The notes beneath the pieces were generated by a model. The model worked only from the letters and a program-made list of their open reading frames with translations. It made no database searches and was not told the origin of the DNA. Source: Daphnia carinata (Eukaryota). Taken from it: 64,000 bases of DNA. Location of the stretch: contig NC_081332.1 of NCBI RefSeq assembly GCF_022539665.2, positions 372,001-436,000 of the forward strand, written 5' to 3'. The translations under genes and the position numbers were made by a program. Every line of letters begins with the position of its first letter. The stretch's first letter is position 1. Shown in pieces: positions 1 through 11,904 of the stretch.

Positions 1-3000
1 CAAACGGAAAGGAAGTTTATACTTTCGCTCTTCTTGATTCCGGAAGTGAGATTTCGGTTTTAAGGCGTCGTACGGCAAATAAATTAGGCATTAAAGGGAG
101 AACTGAAAAGATGGTGACAAAGACGGTGAAGGGAGAAGGTGAAGCTGTTAACACCGAAGTCGTCTGCTTCAACATCTCTTCGCTCGACCGAATTTTCAAC
201 TTCAACGTCGTGGATGCGCACATCATGGATTCATTCGAATTGACGAAGCGACCATTCGACCTGGCCCAGCTCGCAAAAACATGGCCACATCTCGCCCATG
301 TACCCGTCCATTCTGTCGAAACCGAAGATGTCGCAGTACTCGTCGGTCAAGACCATCCCTCAGCTCTCGAGATATTTGAAACTCGGAAGGATCCACTTCA
401 GCAACGAGCCCCTTGTGCCCATCTGACTGCCTTCAGCTGGTGGCCGACGCACCCATCGACTTCTCGTGAAATCAGCTGCTTCCACGTCAGCTCCCACGAA
501 GAGGAAATGTCGTCCATGGTCCGCCAGTTTATCGAAACAGACACTTTCGGAACTAAGCTGAATGTTGTGCTACCAATCAGTCAAGACGAAAAGAGGGCCT
601 GGAAGATTCAAAGGGAAACAACAAGACACATCGGTGAACGATATGAATGCGGCCTACTATGGAAGACCGACTACCCCAATCTTCACAACAACTTTTTTGC
701 AGCCCACAGGCGATTTCTGAGTCTCGAAAGGAAGTTCGTCAAGGATCCTAGTTTGGCAGATACCTACCGCAACGTCATAGAAACTTACGTGTCGTCAAAA
801 CATGCACGAAAGCTGTCGCAAGCTGAAACTGACGACAGTCCAATCGGTCGAACGTGGTACAACGCCCACCATCCAGTCTTCAATCCGAACAAGCCCGGAA
901 AATGTCGAGTGGTTTTCGATTTACGTGCGAAGAGCCAAGGCGTCTGCCTTACCGATTATTTGTTGAAAGGACCTGACTTCCTAACAAGCCTTATCGGTGT
1001 GCTTCTACGTTTTCGCCAATTCGCCGTACCAGTCGTCGCAGATGTCGAAAAAATGTTCCACCAGGTACGGGTCCGCCCATCAGACGGGCCGGCCTTTCGG
1101 TTCATATGGCGCACGCCTGGTTGTAGAGACCCACCGGACGTGTACCAAATGGACGTCCACTTATTCGGAGCCGCCTCGTCACCTGCCGTCTGTTCTAATG
1201 CATTGCGGCAAGCAGTTCGAGACGGTGAAAACGCTGACGACCTCATGACTCAAGTTACTCGTCATTTCTATGTCGACAATTGGTTGGTGTCCTTCCGCTC
1301 CGTACCTGAAGCTTTGTCCATGTCACATCGTCTAACCAAGGTGTTGAAGGCTGGAGGGTTCCCTTTAACCCAATGGGCGACGTCAAACGCTTCTGTCCGA
1401 TCTGGCCTCCCCGGCATGCAGCAAAAGGAAGTCACCCTGGATATGGATCTCGATGCGTCACCCATTGAACGCACGCTTGGCTTAAAATGGAATTTCGACC
1501 TCGACGCCTTTGTGTTGAAGGCTTCTGTATCATTGGATGGGAAAACGAAACGGTCCCTCTTGAAGGCGGTGTCGAGTATTTTCGACCCACTCGGATTTCT
1601 TTCACCGATCGTGTTCTTGGCAAAACACCTCCTGCAAGATGTTTGGCGGCGAAAACTCGACTGGGACGACGAGCTGGATATCGACCTATTAGATCGCTGG
1701 AAGCGTTGGGCCAGCACCCTGCCATCATTAGACGGACTCGTACTAAAACGATGTGTTTCTCCTGACAGACCAGACGCAGCATCAAACGAGCTCCACATTT
1801 TCGCGGATGCCTCCGAAAAGGGATTCGGAGCCGTCGCCTACGCTCGATTCGTTTACCCTGACGGAAACGCGGACGTTGCCTTCCTCATTTCGAAGTCGAG
1901 GATTGCTCCGCTCAAGTTTCTCACAATTCCTAGGTTGAAGCTATCCGCTGCCGTCTTAGCTGTTCGACTTAGCAGCCTTCTCTTAAACGAGCTTGACATT
2001 CAATTCGACCAAACGCTTTATTGGTCGGATTCGACAACGGTGCTCAGCTGGATCAAATCTACGTCCTGTCATTTCAACGTATACGTTGGAAATCGAGTCG
2101 GGGAGATCCTCGAACTTTCAACAGCTGATCAGTGGAAATACGTACCAAGCGGCCTAAATCCAGCAGATGATGCTAGCCGTGGGCTACACGCCGAAGATCT
2201 CACGGCCCAACACCGGTGGTTTGCTGGTCCAGCCTATCTAAGAACCTCAGCCAACTGGCCTAGGCATCCGTTCCTTCCACCTATCGACCCTGACGATCCT
2301 GAAATTCGTTCAGCCTCTTGGATTGGCTTGGTACGTCGCGAAGAAGATGGCGTCGACTTATTAATCACCAATATCTCCAGAATCCACATTATAGTTCGCA
2401 CCTTAGCCTACGTACGACGGTGGATAGGAAACACGCGAAGTTCCCAGTATAATCGTTTAACCGGTGAACTTATGGCCAACGAGATCCTTCAGGCTAGAGA
2501 GTTCTTGTTTCGACGAGCTCAAGGAAATGCGTATCAGCAAGAAATTGTAGACCTGGGAGAAGGCAATCGACTATCACCAGCATCGTCGCTGCTAAAGCTG
2601 TCGCCGTACCTCGACCACCGTGGACTTCTTTGTGTCGGTGGTTGCATCGACAAGGCACCACTTCCAACCGGAACTCGTCACCCAATTATTCTTCCGCCAA
2701 AAGAGCGCCTGACGGAACTCATTTTGTTCGATCTTCATCGTGACCGAGCTCATCTGTCAGCCGAGCAGCTCCATCATGAAGCTCGGAAACAATTTTGGAT
2801 CCCAAAAGGACGGATAACTGCTCAACGTGTCTGGAATCTCTGTTACACCAGTCGGAAATATAAAGCAAAAGGTTCGACACCTAAAATGGCCGACTTGCCC
2901 ACCGCACGATTAAGCCCAGGCCTACCCGCCTTCACACACACAGGAGTCGATTATTGGGGCCCGATGGAAGTGACTATTTTTCGGAGAACAGTGAAACGCT

Positions 3001-4070
3001 GGGGATGTTTATTTACCTGCTTATCATCACGTAGTGTCCATCTCGAAATGGCCTACTCGCTCGATACTAGCTCCTTTATCGCCGCACTCGACCGCTTCCA
3101 GAACCGTCGAGGTGTTCCCGCATCGTACCGTAGCGATAACGGTAGAAATTTCGTCGGCACTCAGCGAGAATTAGCCGCCTGCATTGAGAATCTGAATCAG
3201 TCGGCCATTCTCAGGCACTTGAGTCGTCAACCTACATCGTGGTACTTCAACCCGCCAGCCTCTCCGCATTTCGGTGGAGTGTGGGAGCGAATGGTGCGGG
3301 CCGCGAAGCAAGCACTTCAATTCGTACTGGGCAATCAACGCCTGTCGGACGAAATTCTCCTTACTGCACTTACGCACGTCGAAAACGTCCTTAATAGTCG
3401 TAAGCTGATTCCACCCAGCGAAGACCCGACTGATCCGGAAAGCCTGACACCACATCATCTCCTGTTAGGACGGGCCAATCCCAACCATCCCCCAGACGTT
3501 TTCACTGGTCGAGACCTTTCCTCTAAAAAACGCTGGCGTATCGCTCAAGCCGTCGCCGACCAGTTCTGGCAACGCTGGTACGAGAACCAACCCAACCTGG
3601 AAGTGGGCGACATTGTCGTCCTCATCGACCCAGTCAACCCTCGTGGCTCTTGGCCCATCGGAAAAATCACCAAGGTTTTTGCTGGACCTGACAAGGTTGT
3701 TCGTTCGGCTATGGTCCAAACAAATGGTACCGACCTACACCGCCCGGCGCACAAACTTTGTCTTCTAGAGTCCGTAGATATACGTCAAGATGTGCCCAGC
3801 TCAGCTGGACACAGGGCCGGCGATGTTGGGAAGTTTGAACTTTCCCAGCAAGCGACACCAAAGCCCCCTCAACCAAGTGATGTCACACTCGTCGATCCAG
3901 ACAGCGAGTGACGTCACGAGACACACAGACTGCCCCTAGCTGAACGGAGGCGAAACGGAAGAGGGAATGGATCCCTTTTCTTTGTATCGCGTGGCGCTCT
4001 CCCTCTGCCTTTCTATTTTTCGTCGTATGTCGACTTATCGATCAGAACGCACTCGTTTTTTGGTACTTGG
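1..4070 (+). mobile_element. BEL/Pao LTR retrotransposon, 3' part (5' end outside window; 3' LTR truncated)
   Basis: Pao-type pol ORF, then purine-rich ACAGGGCCGGCGA followed by TGTTGGG (probable LTR start at 3824); no matching CA end seen before the ~4070 junction. Confidence 0.88.
3..3911 (+). CDS. pol: BEL/Pao pol polyprotein (protease, RT, RNase H, integrase), 5'-partial
   Basis: Frame open from nt 3: ALLDSGSE protease; K.R.VFD, LLKGP, ADVEKMFHQV, FGA.SSP, FYVDN RT; LHIFADAS, SKSRIAP, TIPRL RNase H; DYWGP, SDNG, GGVWERMV integrase. Confidence 0.93.
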   Translation, partial: NGKEVYTFALLDSGSEISVLRRRTANKLGIKGRTEKMVTKTVKGEGEAVNTEVVCFNISSLDRIFNFNVVDAHIMDSFELTKRPFDLAQLAKTWPHLAHVPVHSVETEDVAVLVGQDHPSALEIFETRKDPLQQRAPCAHLTAFSWWPTHPSTSREISCFHVSSHEEEMSSMVRQFIETDTFGTKLNVVLPISQDEKRAWKIQRETTRHIGERYECGLLWKTDYPNLHNNFFAAHRRFLSLERKFVKDPSLADTYRNVIETYVSSKHARKLSQAETDDSPIGRTWYNAHHPVFNPNKPGKCRVVFDLRAKSQGVCLTDYLLKGPDFLTSLIGVLLRFRQFAVPVVADVEKMFHQVRVRPSDGPAFRFIWRTPGCRDPPDVYQMDVHLFGAASSPAVCSNALRQAVRDGENADDLMTQVTRHFYVDNWLVSFRSVPEALSMSHRLTKVLKAGGFPLTQWATSNASVRSGLPGMQQKEVTLDMDLDASPIERTLGLKWNFDLDAFVLKASVSLDGKTKRSLLKAVSSIFDPLGFLSPIVFLAKHLLQDVWRRKLDWDDELDIDLLDRWKRWASTLPSLDGLVLKRCVSPDRPDAASNELHIFADASEKGFGAVAYARFVYPDGNADVAFLISKSRIAPLKFLTIPRLKLSAAVLAVRLSSLLLNELDIQFDQTLYWSDSTTVLSWIKSTSCHFNVYVGNRVGEILELSTADQWKYVPSGLNPADDASRGLHAEDLTAQHRWFAGPAYLRTSANWPRHPFLPPIDPDDPEIRSASWIGLVRREEDGVDLLITNISRIHIIVRTLAYVRRWIGNTRSSQYNRLTGELMANEILQAREFLFRRAQGNAYQQEIVDLGEGNRLSPASSLLKLSPYLDHRGLLCVGGCIDKAPLPTGTRHPIILPPKERLTELILFDLHRDRAHLSAEQLHHEARKQFWIPKGRITAQRVWNLCYTSRKYKAKGSTPKMADLPTARLSPGLPAFTHTGVDYWGPMEVTIFRRTVKRWGCLFTCLSSRSVHLEMAYSLDTSSFIAALDRFQNRRGVPASYRSDNGRNFVGTQRELAACIENLNQSAILRHLSRQPTSWYFNPPASPHFGGVWERMVRAAKQALQFVLGNQRLSDEILLTALTHVENVLNSRKLIPPSEDPTDPESLTPHHLLLGRANPNHPPDVFTGRDLSSKKRWRIAQAVADQFWQRWYENQPNLEVGDIVVLIDPVNPRGSWPIGKITKVFAGPDKVVRSAMVQTNGTDLHRPAHKLCLLESVDIRQDVPSSAGHRAGDVGKFELSQQATPKPPQPSDVTLVDPDSE

Positions 4071-4072
4071 AC

Positions 4073-4889
4073 ATATATTTTTTATTTCTGATAACAGGTT
4101 TTAACAATTACAAACAACAATACATTAATCAAGCACTGGAGACTTTAAAATTTCGTCCTCTGAAGAGGATGCAATTCCTGTTCTCGCCAGTCGCTTCGAT
4201 AGTTGTTTGCTCAACCGTTCTTCGGGTGAAGATTTTTTCCAGCTTCTTGGCGTGCCTGTAGCGGATCTCGCCTTCCTTGTCGGGGCCGGTTCCTTGGAAG
4301 TTCCGGCGACCAGATCCTCGCTTTCTTGACTTAACACCGTGGGGGTCGGTGCCGGAGCTGGTATCTGAAGTGTGGCGGGCGGCAGCTCCTTGATGCCGCG
4401 TGCCCTCTCCAATACCTGCTCCCTTCTTTGTAACTCCTCTTTGTCCCGCCTTAACTTGCTTGTCTCCAGCAGATATTTTGCGTGTTCCTCTGCTCGTTCT
4501 GCTGCCATTTGTGCCGCTGCTGTTACTGAGGAGTGCGACTCTTGAACCTTGGTGATCGCAGCTAGCTGCGCTCTTTCTTGCTCACTTAGAAACTGGGCAG
4601 GCGATTCTAAGGTGGGTGTTACCGGCCGAACGTATGGGTTTGGCCGTCTCTTTTTCTCCACTAGCTTTTTGGGGCGTTGTTCCGGGAAGGGCTCTGGAAT
4701 CCGGAGTCTCCTGAAGACACCTTTCGGGATTGTCAGCTCCAGCTCTTTCCAGAGCTCGTATGGTCTGGCCTCTGGAGTCTAAGAGGTACTGGAACTTGGC
4801 AAACACCGCCTTCTGGTGCTGGTGGAGTATGCTGTCCGACACTGTTTGGATGTACGGATATTTCTTTCAATTTTTAGTTCGAAGGACCA
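4073..4889 (-). mobile_element. Fragment of a second BEL/Pao family (PBS + ORF0), LTR missing
   Basis: Homologous to 48470-49325; PBS TGGTCCTTCGAAC at 4889-4877 abuts array A sequence directly. Confidence 0.85.
4125..4842 (-). pseudogene. Frameshifted copy of the BEL pre-gag ORF0
   Basis: ORFs 4582-4842 and 4125-4661 together align with the 238-aa ORF at 48521-49237. Confidence 0.85.
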
Positions 4890-5335
4890 ATTTGTTTCTC
4901 AGATGCCTCTTACGAAAGAACGACTTTTTTTTCATGATTACTATTCTCACCCATTTTACGCCTCGATAGCGCAGTAGGCAGCGCGCGAGTCTCATAATCT
5001 CGAGGTCGTGAGTTCGAACCTCACTCGGGGCAGTTTCTGCATAAGATTTTTGTTCCAACATTTAGATTCAACTCGCACTGCAAGGGCAGTGTTCGATCGC
5101 ATCGTTCTCAATTTTAATTCAAACATGAACCAAATCCAAATCGATCCGCCTGATCAATGGGAGATAATCGTCTTAGGGAAATTGCACTCAGAGTAACACA
5201 AGTTAACCGATTCAGAAGAAAACAGCATAACTTAAACCACATAAATAGGTTGTTACTTAGTGTTCCACTCCGTATATCAAAGTAGTATTCGGGGAGGAAA
5301 AGAAGCAGGCGACAAAATAAGGGGGGAGAACAGTT
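4890..5335. repeat. Partial unit of tRNA array A
   Basis: Near-identical to ~30995-31438. Confidence 0.95.
4960..5032 (+). tRNA. tRNA-Met(CAT), elongator type
   Basis: GCCTCGATAGCGCAGTAGGCAGCGC...CTCATAA...GTTCGAAC cloverleaf. Confidence 0.93.
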
Positions 5336-5537
5336 TGTAAAGTTTCGAACCTCGTGTATTACAGTAGATTGTCGTAACAATTCCGATTTTACAAGGTACA
5401 AACATGCTGTATTTATACTACTAACAAACAACCAAAATGAAGGTAAAATGGGCGGGGATACGTTCAGTTTCACTTGTGAAACGCTCGAGGGATGGAAAGG
5501 GCGTGGCTGTCTTTGGATAGCCTTTGGGCTTGTTACA
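5336..5537 (-). repeat. Gy1 3' LTR
   Basis: TGTAAC...TTTACA on minus; ~6 differences from 16627-16828. Confidence 0.96.
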
Positions 5538-5552
5538 TTCCTTCCCTTCTTC
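5538..5552 (-). promoter_or_regulatory. Gy1 polypurine tract
   Basis: GAAGAAGGGAAGGAA immediately before the 3' LTR. Confidence 0.9.
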
Positions 5553-5845
5553 GATGAGAAGAATTGGTCCTCCAATATGTATTCTGTCACCGGCTACAGT
5601 TTACAGTTGAATAATAAAAACTGGTTCCTTCACCTAAAATTTATAAGGATTGGTTCTCCCATTTTCTTTTTCCATCACCGTCTACAATTGTTTCTACGGT
5701 AGAATAATAAAAAACGTTTTCCTTCACCGTTTTTTTTTTTTTTGTTTGTTTTTGTTTTTGTTTTTCTTCGGGTTTTCTCGCGGATTTTCTTTTCTCGTCA
5801 TGGCCTCGCGGCGTTGTTGAAGTTGGCCTTTTCTTCCAGTCTTAG

Positions 5846-7075
5846 TCAGGGGATTACTGTTATGTTTTGTTTCTCCCTTTGGAAAATGGCTCGCGCTCCA
5901 TTACTGCGTGTATGTGCTTCAGCTGTGTTTCCATTGGTGTTCTTTATTCCGGTGTCTGCTCCGTGTAGCAGTAATAGCTCAATCATGTTGATTTGATTGA
6001 AACTGGCGGCTCTATGTAAGGCAGTTTCACCTGAGTCGTCTTGTTGATTGATGTTGATAAGTCTTTTTGTGCACACTAATGTTGCCAGGTCTTCTAGGCC
6101 ATATTCGGCTAGATAATGTAAAATGGTTAAGTTGCCTGGTTTTGTAATGTTGATGTTAGTCGGTGTCCAAATCAATTTCGCACATTCTTTGTTTTTGTGT
6201 GAAATCGCCAACATTAAGGGAGTTTCTCCGTTATAGTTGCGAGCTGTAAATTCGCAATTGTTATGTTTCAAGATTCTTATTAACAGTAGATCATTTTCGG
6301 CTGCTGCGATGTGGCCAATTGTTTTTTCGTGATAGAGTATCTCTGGGTCTGCTCCGAAGGATAGTAAAAGATCGGTAATGTCATACCTACATCTTCGTAT
6401 GCTTGTGTGAAGTAGCGTTTGCTCGTTTTCGAATCTTTTATTGAGAAATGTTGCTCTCTTTTGTCTAGGCCAACCATGTTGCATTTCGAACTTGTTTTGG
6501 ATGCATCATCTTATTACCTGCATCGGGGCTTCCATCATTGATAACGAAAGTGTTCCGTTTTCTAAGTCTATCGTAGCTTGCCTTTTCAGATTGATTATTT
6601 CTGCTCGTTCTGTTGGTATGGGTGCTATTGTCTTCATCCGACAGTTCTTGCATGATTCCGTTTCCCTCTGTTGGTCATTCGGCCTGCTCCGTTTTTGGGG
6701 CGGTTCACATCGGAGGTCGGTGTCACTGTTATTTTCCAATATAAATTCGGCACTGTGGGCACTTTCCATATCGGGTTCTATTTCACTATATGCATTTAAC
6801 TCCTCAGTGTCGTCGTCACTCGATTCACTGCTGTCTTTCCTTTTTCTCTCTAGTTCGGAAAAATCGTTCTTTTCGGTTTTGATTCCGTTCCATTCTACGT
6901 TTTTCAATATTTGCTTGTTTACATCCGCTTTTTTCGCACTTTCTTTTTCTCTGTACTCTTGCTGGCTATTCTCACTTTCAGTATCACTAATGATTATTAA
7001 CTCGTGTTCCTTTTGGTCTTGTGGGATGATGATTACGTCCATTGCGTTATCCTGATTGGTGTTGTTGTTTGCCAT
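5846..7075 (-). pseudogene. Gy1 accessory ORF4: acidic N-terminus + ankyrin repeats (one frameshift near 6500)
   Basis: GETPLMLA, GETALHRAA, LLLHGAD ankyrin motifs; the two halves are one frame in the copy at 34938-35758. Confidence 0.85.
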
Positions 7076-7824
7076 TTTGAGAGGAATGGTTTATTTGTGA
7101 TGGCACTTTGCTTTGTGGAACTTTGTCGGAGTTATGTCGTTGAGACACTGGGAAGAGGTTAGTTATTGTATTTTGGAAAATCTTTCTTTTTCAGAGTTTT
7201 TCATAAATTCTTGTTCCCAACTTCTTAGTTTGAAAACTGGTCATTTCTTCCACTTAAATGTGTTCCGTCTTCTGTTTCACCGCGGGGCGAATTGACGAAT
7301 ATCCCGTTTGATTTTGGACTCTATTTTCCTTTTTTTTTTTTTTTTTTTTTTGTCATTGTCATTGTCTTTTTCTTATAGGTGTTCTTGTGCTTTTTATTTT
7401 TCTTTGTGAGTTAGTTTCTGTCGTTCCCTGTTACATTACACTGCTGCATCTGTTTTTCTGTTTGTTTATCCGATGATTTTGTTATTGACTTTTGATTTTG
7501 TTTTTAGTCGAGAATAAAAATGTTATTTGGGTTTGTAATTATGTTTGTTTTGTCTATCATTAATGTTTTCTGTTTTTGTTTTTGTTTTTTAGTGTTAGTT
7601 GGGAATACAAAATTGTTATTTGAATTTGCTTCTCCTTTTTGTTTTACTCTAAAGTTACGAGTACGGGATATATATATATAAAAAAAATTAAGAATCAACT
7701 TAATTGGTTGAAAATGCTGATAAGTGCGTTATTTACTGGGGGCTGCTAATTTATTCTGTTATTAATTAAATTTGTCAAGGGCTATGTTTAGTGGCTACTT
7801 TTAATTTCAATGACCTTGGGACTT

Positions 7825-10800
7825 TTACTTTCTGGCTGAGTTACTACTGTCTGTTTCTGACATGCAACGACATAGGTCTTCCCAAACCATGCCGTACCCA
7901 ACGACATAAGTACATGTTGTGTGTTTTCCTGTGCATCTTTTGGGTGTGTCGGTTTCTTCGATAGATGGGTAGATTAATGAATTTGGTGCGCTTGGTCGTG
8001 GGGGGCGCACTTGACCTTGTCTTTCCATTGTCAGTTGTGTAGGGGCGGGCGTTCTTATGAATGGTTGTTCGATGGCTATTTCTGAATGATAATTTGTTTC
8101 CCGTGCCGGTATCATTGATGCGAGTTCGTGGTCTTCCTCTATGCCATCATCGTATCTGCTTGTAAACTTCCGGTTTCGGCGGATATGTTCTTTAATCTTC
8201 GAGATGGGGTTGCAAATGATGAAGATCCGTAGACATACGAGGAATAGCACAAATCCAATCGCTGAAAGGCCTATTATTTTCAATTTGTCAAACCATGAAT
8301 ACATGTGACCTATTTGATTATCTTGTTGTTCTGACATCACAATATCTCCAACAGAATTGGAATTGCCTTCTTGCATTCTGCCTACGAGGTCATTTAGGAT
8401 ATTTAATTGCTCCATCTCCATTGTCTCGTGTGCTGGATGACTTTTCAGCGAGAAGTCGAAATCATTTAGATGGAGTTCTTCAAATTCCGTAATGAGGTCT
8501 AGGTTAGGCACGTGAATGTTAGGTTTCTGGCGTATCCAATCTCCTGTTGTAGAGTTGTGTTTCCAGGTATGTGGATTTCCATACAAATTGACTAACGGTG
8601 TTTTCCAAAAACAGTCGGAATATGGGTGAATTGACCATCCATCCGTTCTGATCGTGCAGTTCTGGCCTTCGTAAGTAAAGAACGGTTGGAATCCAGATTT
8701 AGTTTCATTTGCTGATATAAAAATTCTTTTTGCTTCACATTGTTGAAGTATCATTGCCTGACCGAACCCTTGTAGTCGTTTGCAGATTGGTAAGCCTACT
8801 GCTGCTGCAGCCAAAATTCCGTTTGTTTGGGCTAGGATAACAGCTTGTGTTCTTTTAATAGCTGATAGTTGACAGTATACGTCCCGAATTTCTTTTGCAA
8901 GTTTGTTCTCATGTTCTGTTTCAATACTGATTTTGTATTGGTCGTGCATTTTATTAATTTCGTATTTTATTTTGTCGTTGAATTCTTCAATGTTTTTCGG
9001 CAGACCGCTCTCTAAGTTTTCATTAACTGATGAATCTTCATTTTGCTGATCCAGTGATATCACTAGGGATTCTACTGACGGTAAATTTATAATTTTGTCT
9101 TGCTCAATGGCCTGTATTTGTTCTTCTTCTGTTGCAGGCGTTGATTCTGTTATAGCCAACGGGGTCATTTTGGCTGTCTGTGTTGCTGACTGTGGGGTTG
9201 ACAAACTTTCTTTTATTGTTGTCGTACTCAGCGTAGTTAAGCTTGGTTGACTTGTTGTTGTAGCCGTTGTTGTGGAACTTGTCGTCCTGGGTGTTGTTGT
9301 TGTTGTGGACGTAAGCTTTGTGGTAGTGGCGGATGTTGAAGTTACTTTAGAAGTTGTCGTAGATCTAATAGTAGTAGTGGTGGGCCTGGTGCTGGTTGAC
9401 GTGATTATTGGTTTTGTAGTTATGGAAGGTTTTGTTGATGTTGATGTCACCATGGGTTTGTTCGTCACTTTTTGCGTTGGCGTTGGTTTATTTGTTATTG
9501 TACTTGTAGCTGGTTTAATTGTTGTCGTGGTTTTTACCGTTGTTTTTGTTGTTGTTCCCAAAGTTGTTTTTACTGTGGGCTTTGTAGGCGTCATAGCGCT
9601 TGTCGTTGTTGTGGATTTTTCTGTGGTGGGCGTGGCAGGGGGAGTGGCAAAAGTTTTGCTGTTTTCTGATTGGTTGATGTCCTCTCTTTTCATTAGTGGC
9701 GGTATGGATGGGAGTGTTTTTCCGTCCAATGGCTGTTTAGTGTGCAGTGCTATGATGGCTGCTGCTGAGAGTCCGTATTTGGTGTGGATTGCGATATTCA
9801 AAGCTAAAGTGTTGTTTTTGACTGGAGCCGTGACAATGCCCCAGGGTAACACGTCCTACTCTCTGTGTTAGACACTTCTGTCTGATGAAGGTGAATGTAA
9901 CCCAGTTCTATCTGTTGCCATGAGCTGTCCTGTGTGCTCGAATGTACCCCAGATTGAGCTGGTGTTAGCGCATTCTTGAAGTACTAGCATTGTCGTATTG
10001 GCTTTGATACAGGTGTTTGTGTTGAACGGTCTGATGGTGAAATCAGATGTATATTCGAAAGCTTGTCCTCGTTCTGTTGCTTTGCTACAGTTGGCTACCA
10101 TTGTTTGTGATTGCACTAAGGGCTGTTCGTCGTTGCTGCTTACTAGTTTTCTTATTTCTTCTTGACATCGCGGCAACTCTTTGTCACATTCTTCTAATGT
10201 CATTTGCTTGTTTACTCCATGGTGTGTTAGACATTTTTCGTTTGGTGTTTTTCCGTTTTTCAATAGGCCCCAGGCAATCATGTCCCAGATTATATTTCCG
10301 CTACCGTGATTAGTTTTTAAAATTCCTCCAAATAGCGATGAATTAATCGTGGTTGTGATTGCCTTTCGTTGTTCTTCCTGAATTTCCTGCATTTCTGCTA
10401 AAGTTGTGTCTGGGAAATTTTCTATGATGTCTGGATTGGTGTTTACAGTTTCAAAGATCCATTTTTGTGTTACGCTGTTCTTATCATCTCTGCATTCTGT
10501 CAATATGATAGCTTGGTATGTTCCTAGTGTAATAAAGAGATACGATTCTTGTGAAATTAATTGGTAGTTTTGTTGATCTAGAATCCACCGTGTTGAAAAT
10601 TCTGAGCATTTGGCAACAATTAGTCGGCCTGCTTCTCCTTCCGTGATACAGATATCACTGTTCTGGACTCTTATTGTTTGGTCAACGATGTATTCGAATT
10701 CTGATCCTTGAGGAAGTGGATCATCTTTTTTGAGACGAAAGTGAGCGGTTAACTGAGTGCTTTCGTCTGGTTTGTATATTATGTATATCGTGGCGTTGTA

Positions 10801-11877
10801 ATTTACACTTCGGTCCTTTTCGTTGATTCTGATTGACTGTTGATATCCCATTCTTATTGGTCCCCAGGCGTACGAAATGCTGTACAGACGTTTTCCTGAG
10901 TCTTCCAAAGGATTGTTGGGCAGGAATGTAACTTCCTGCTGAATGGATCGTTTCCGTTTGGTTAACTGGAGTTCCCTGTAGTCCTTGCACACCGATGTGT
11001 CTAGGTGAGTATTCTGTATACATGTATGTATAGTTGTTTTGAACATCTCGTACAATTTTCTCGTTGTTTCGGTTGGAAAGATTAGGTATGTGAGCGGTAC
11101 GCCCACAACTTTGTAACATTGTGGTGTTATGTCCCGATCTGGTTTGTTAAAGAATGAAATCTCGATTTGTCGATTGGTGTCGTAAAGACGGCTGGTGTTT
11201 TCGTGTTCTGGCATTCTTGGAAGTTCTAAGTATCCTTCTCCTTTAAGCAGTGTTTGTGTGTACGAATTGTTTGTTGTTCTATCTCCCCACACAATTGTAT
11301 TTTGATTCTGGATGAAGTGTCCTTCTTGTTGTGTTGTGTTCAAAGGTCCGAACGGGCTTTCAATTGGGTCGTCTGGTTTTTCTTGTCGTAGCGTGATTCG
11401 TTCTGCTACACAGTTGATAGTATGGTATTGTTTTATGGCATACCATTGCCCTTCGCCTGTCGGAGTGGCTGTGAAACTCAGTCCTGCTGGTCCGGTCTGC
11501 ATGTTGTTACCGCCGCACTTCTTGTCGTTTACCATTTTCCAGCATTCCAGTGGGGAGATTAGTTTAGTTTCTTGTGAATATATTGTGTCGAACGATCCGA
11601 TCCAAAATGATCCAGTTATTTTCTTCGTTTTTATCTATTGCTTGCAGGTCCAGCCTTTCCAAGAAGCTGCTGGTTTCTGCGTCGTTTTTAAAGTGTACAA
11701 CGTGGGAATTCTGGGTAAGTGAGCTGTATCTGAATCTTTGTTGTTGCAGTAGTATGGTGCCTCTATATCTAAAATTCCTCTGGTCTTTACGTTCTTGCAG
11801 TCGCATACGGTTGAATAGATGGGATATGTGGATGGAATGATGGTGAGTAATTGGGTGAGTAATAGTATCAGTTCCAT
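7825..11877 (-). pseudogene. env: Gy1 env-like glycoprotein, disrupted (TGG>TAG at ~11635, frameshifts ~9870/9770)
   Basis: Pieces 11635-11877, 9868-11535 and 7825-9852 colinear with 36964-40749; signal peptide, T-rich region, TM helix. Confidence 0.9.
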
Positions 11878-11904
11878 CTGTGAAAAGAAAATTTGGACGT
11901 TTAG
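11878..11904 (-). promoter_or_regulatory. Splice acceptor for Gy1 env
   Basis: CTAAAC...TTTTCTTTTCACAG directly before the env ATG; conserved at 40750-40778. Confidence 0.75.

Noticed and set aside
9272..9871. Val-rich plus-strand ORF (also 38063-38710)
   Set aside because: Antisense shadow of the Thr-rich env tract.
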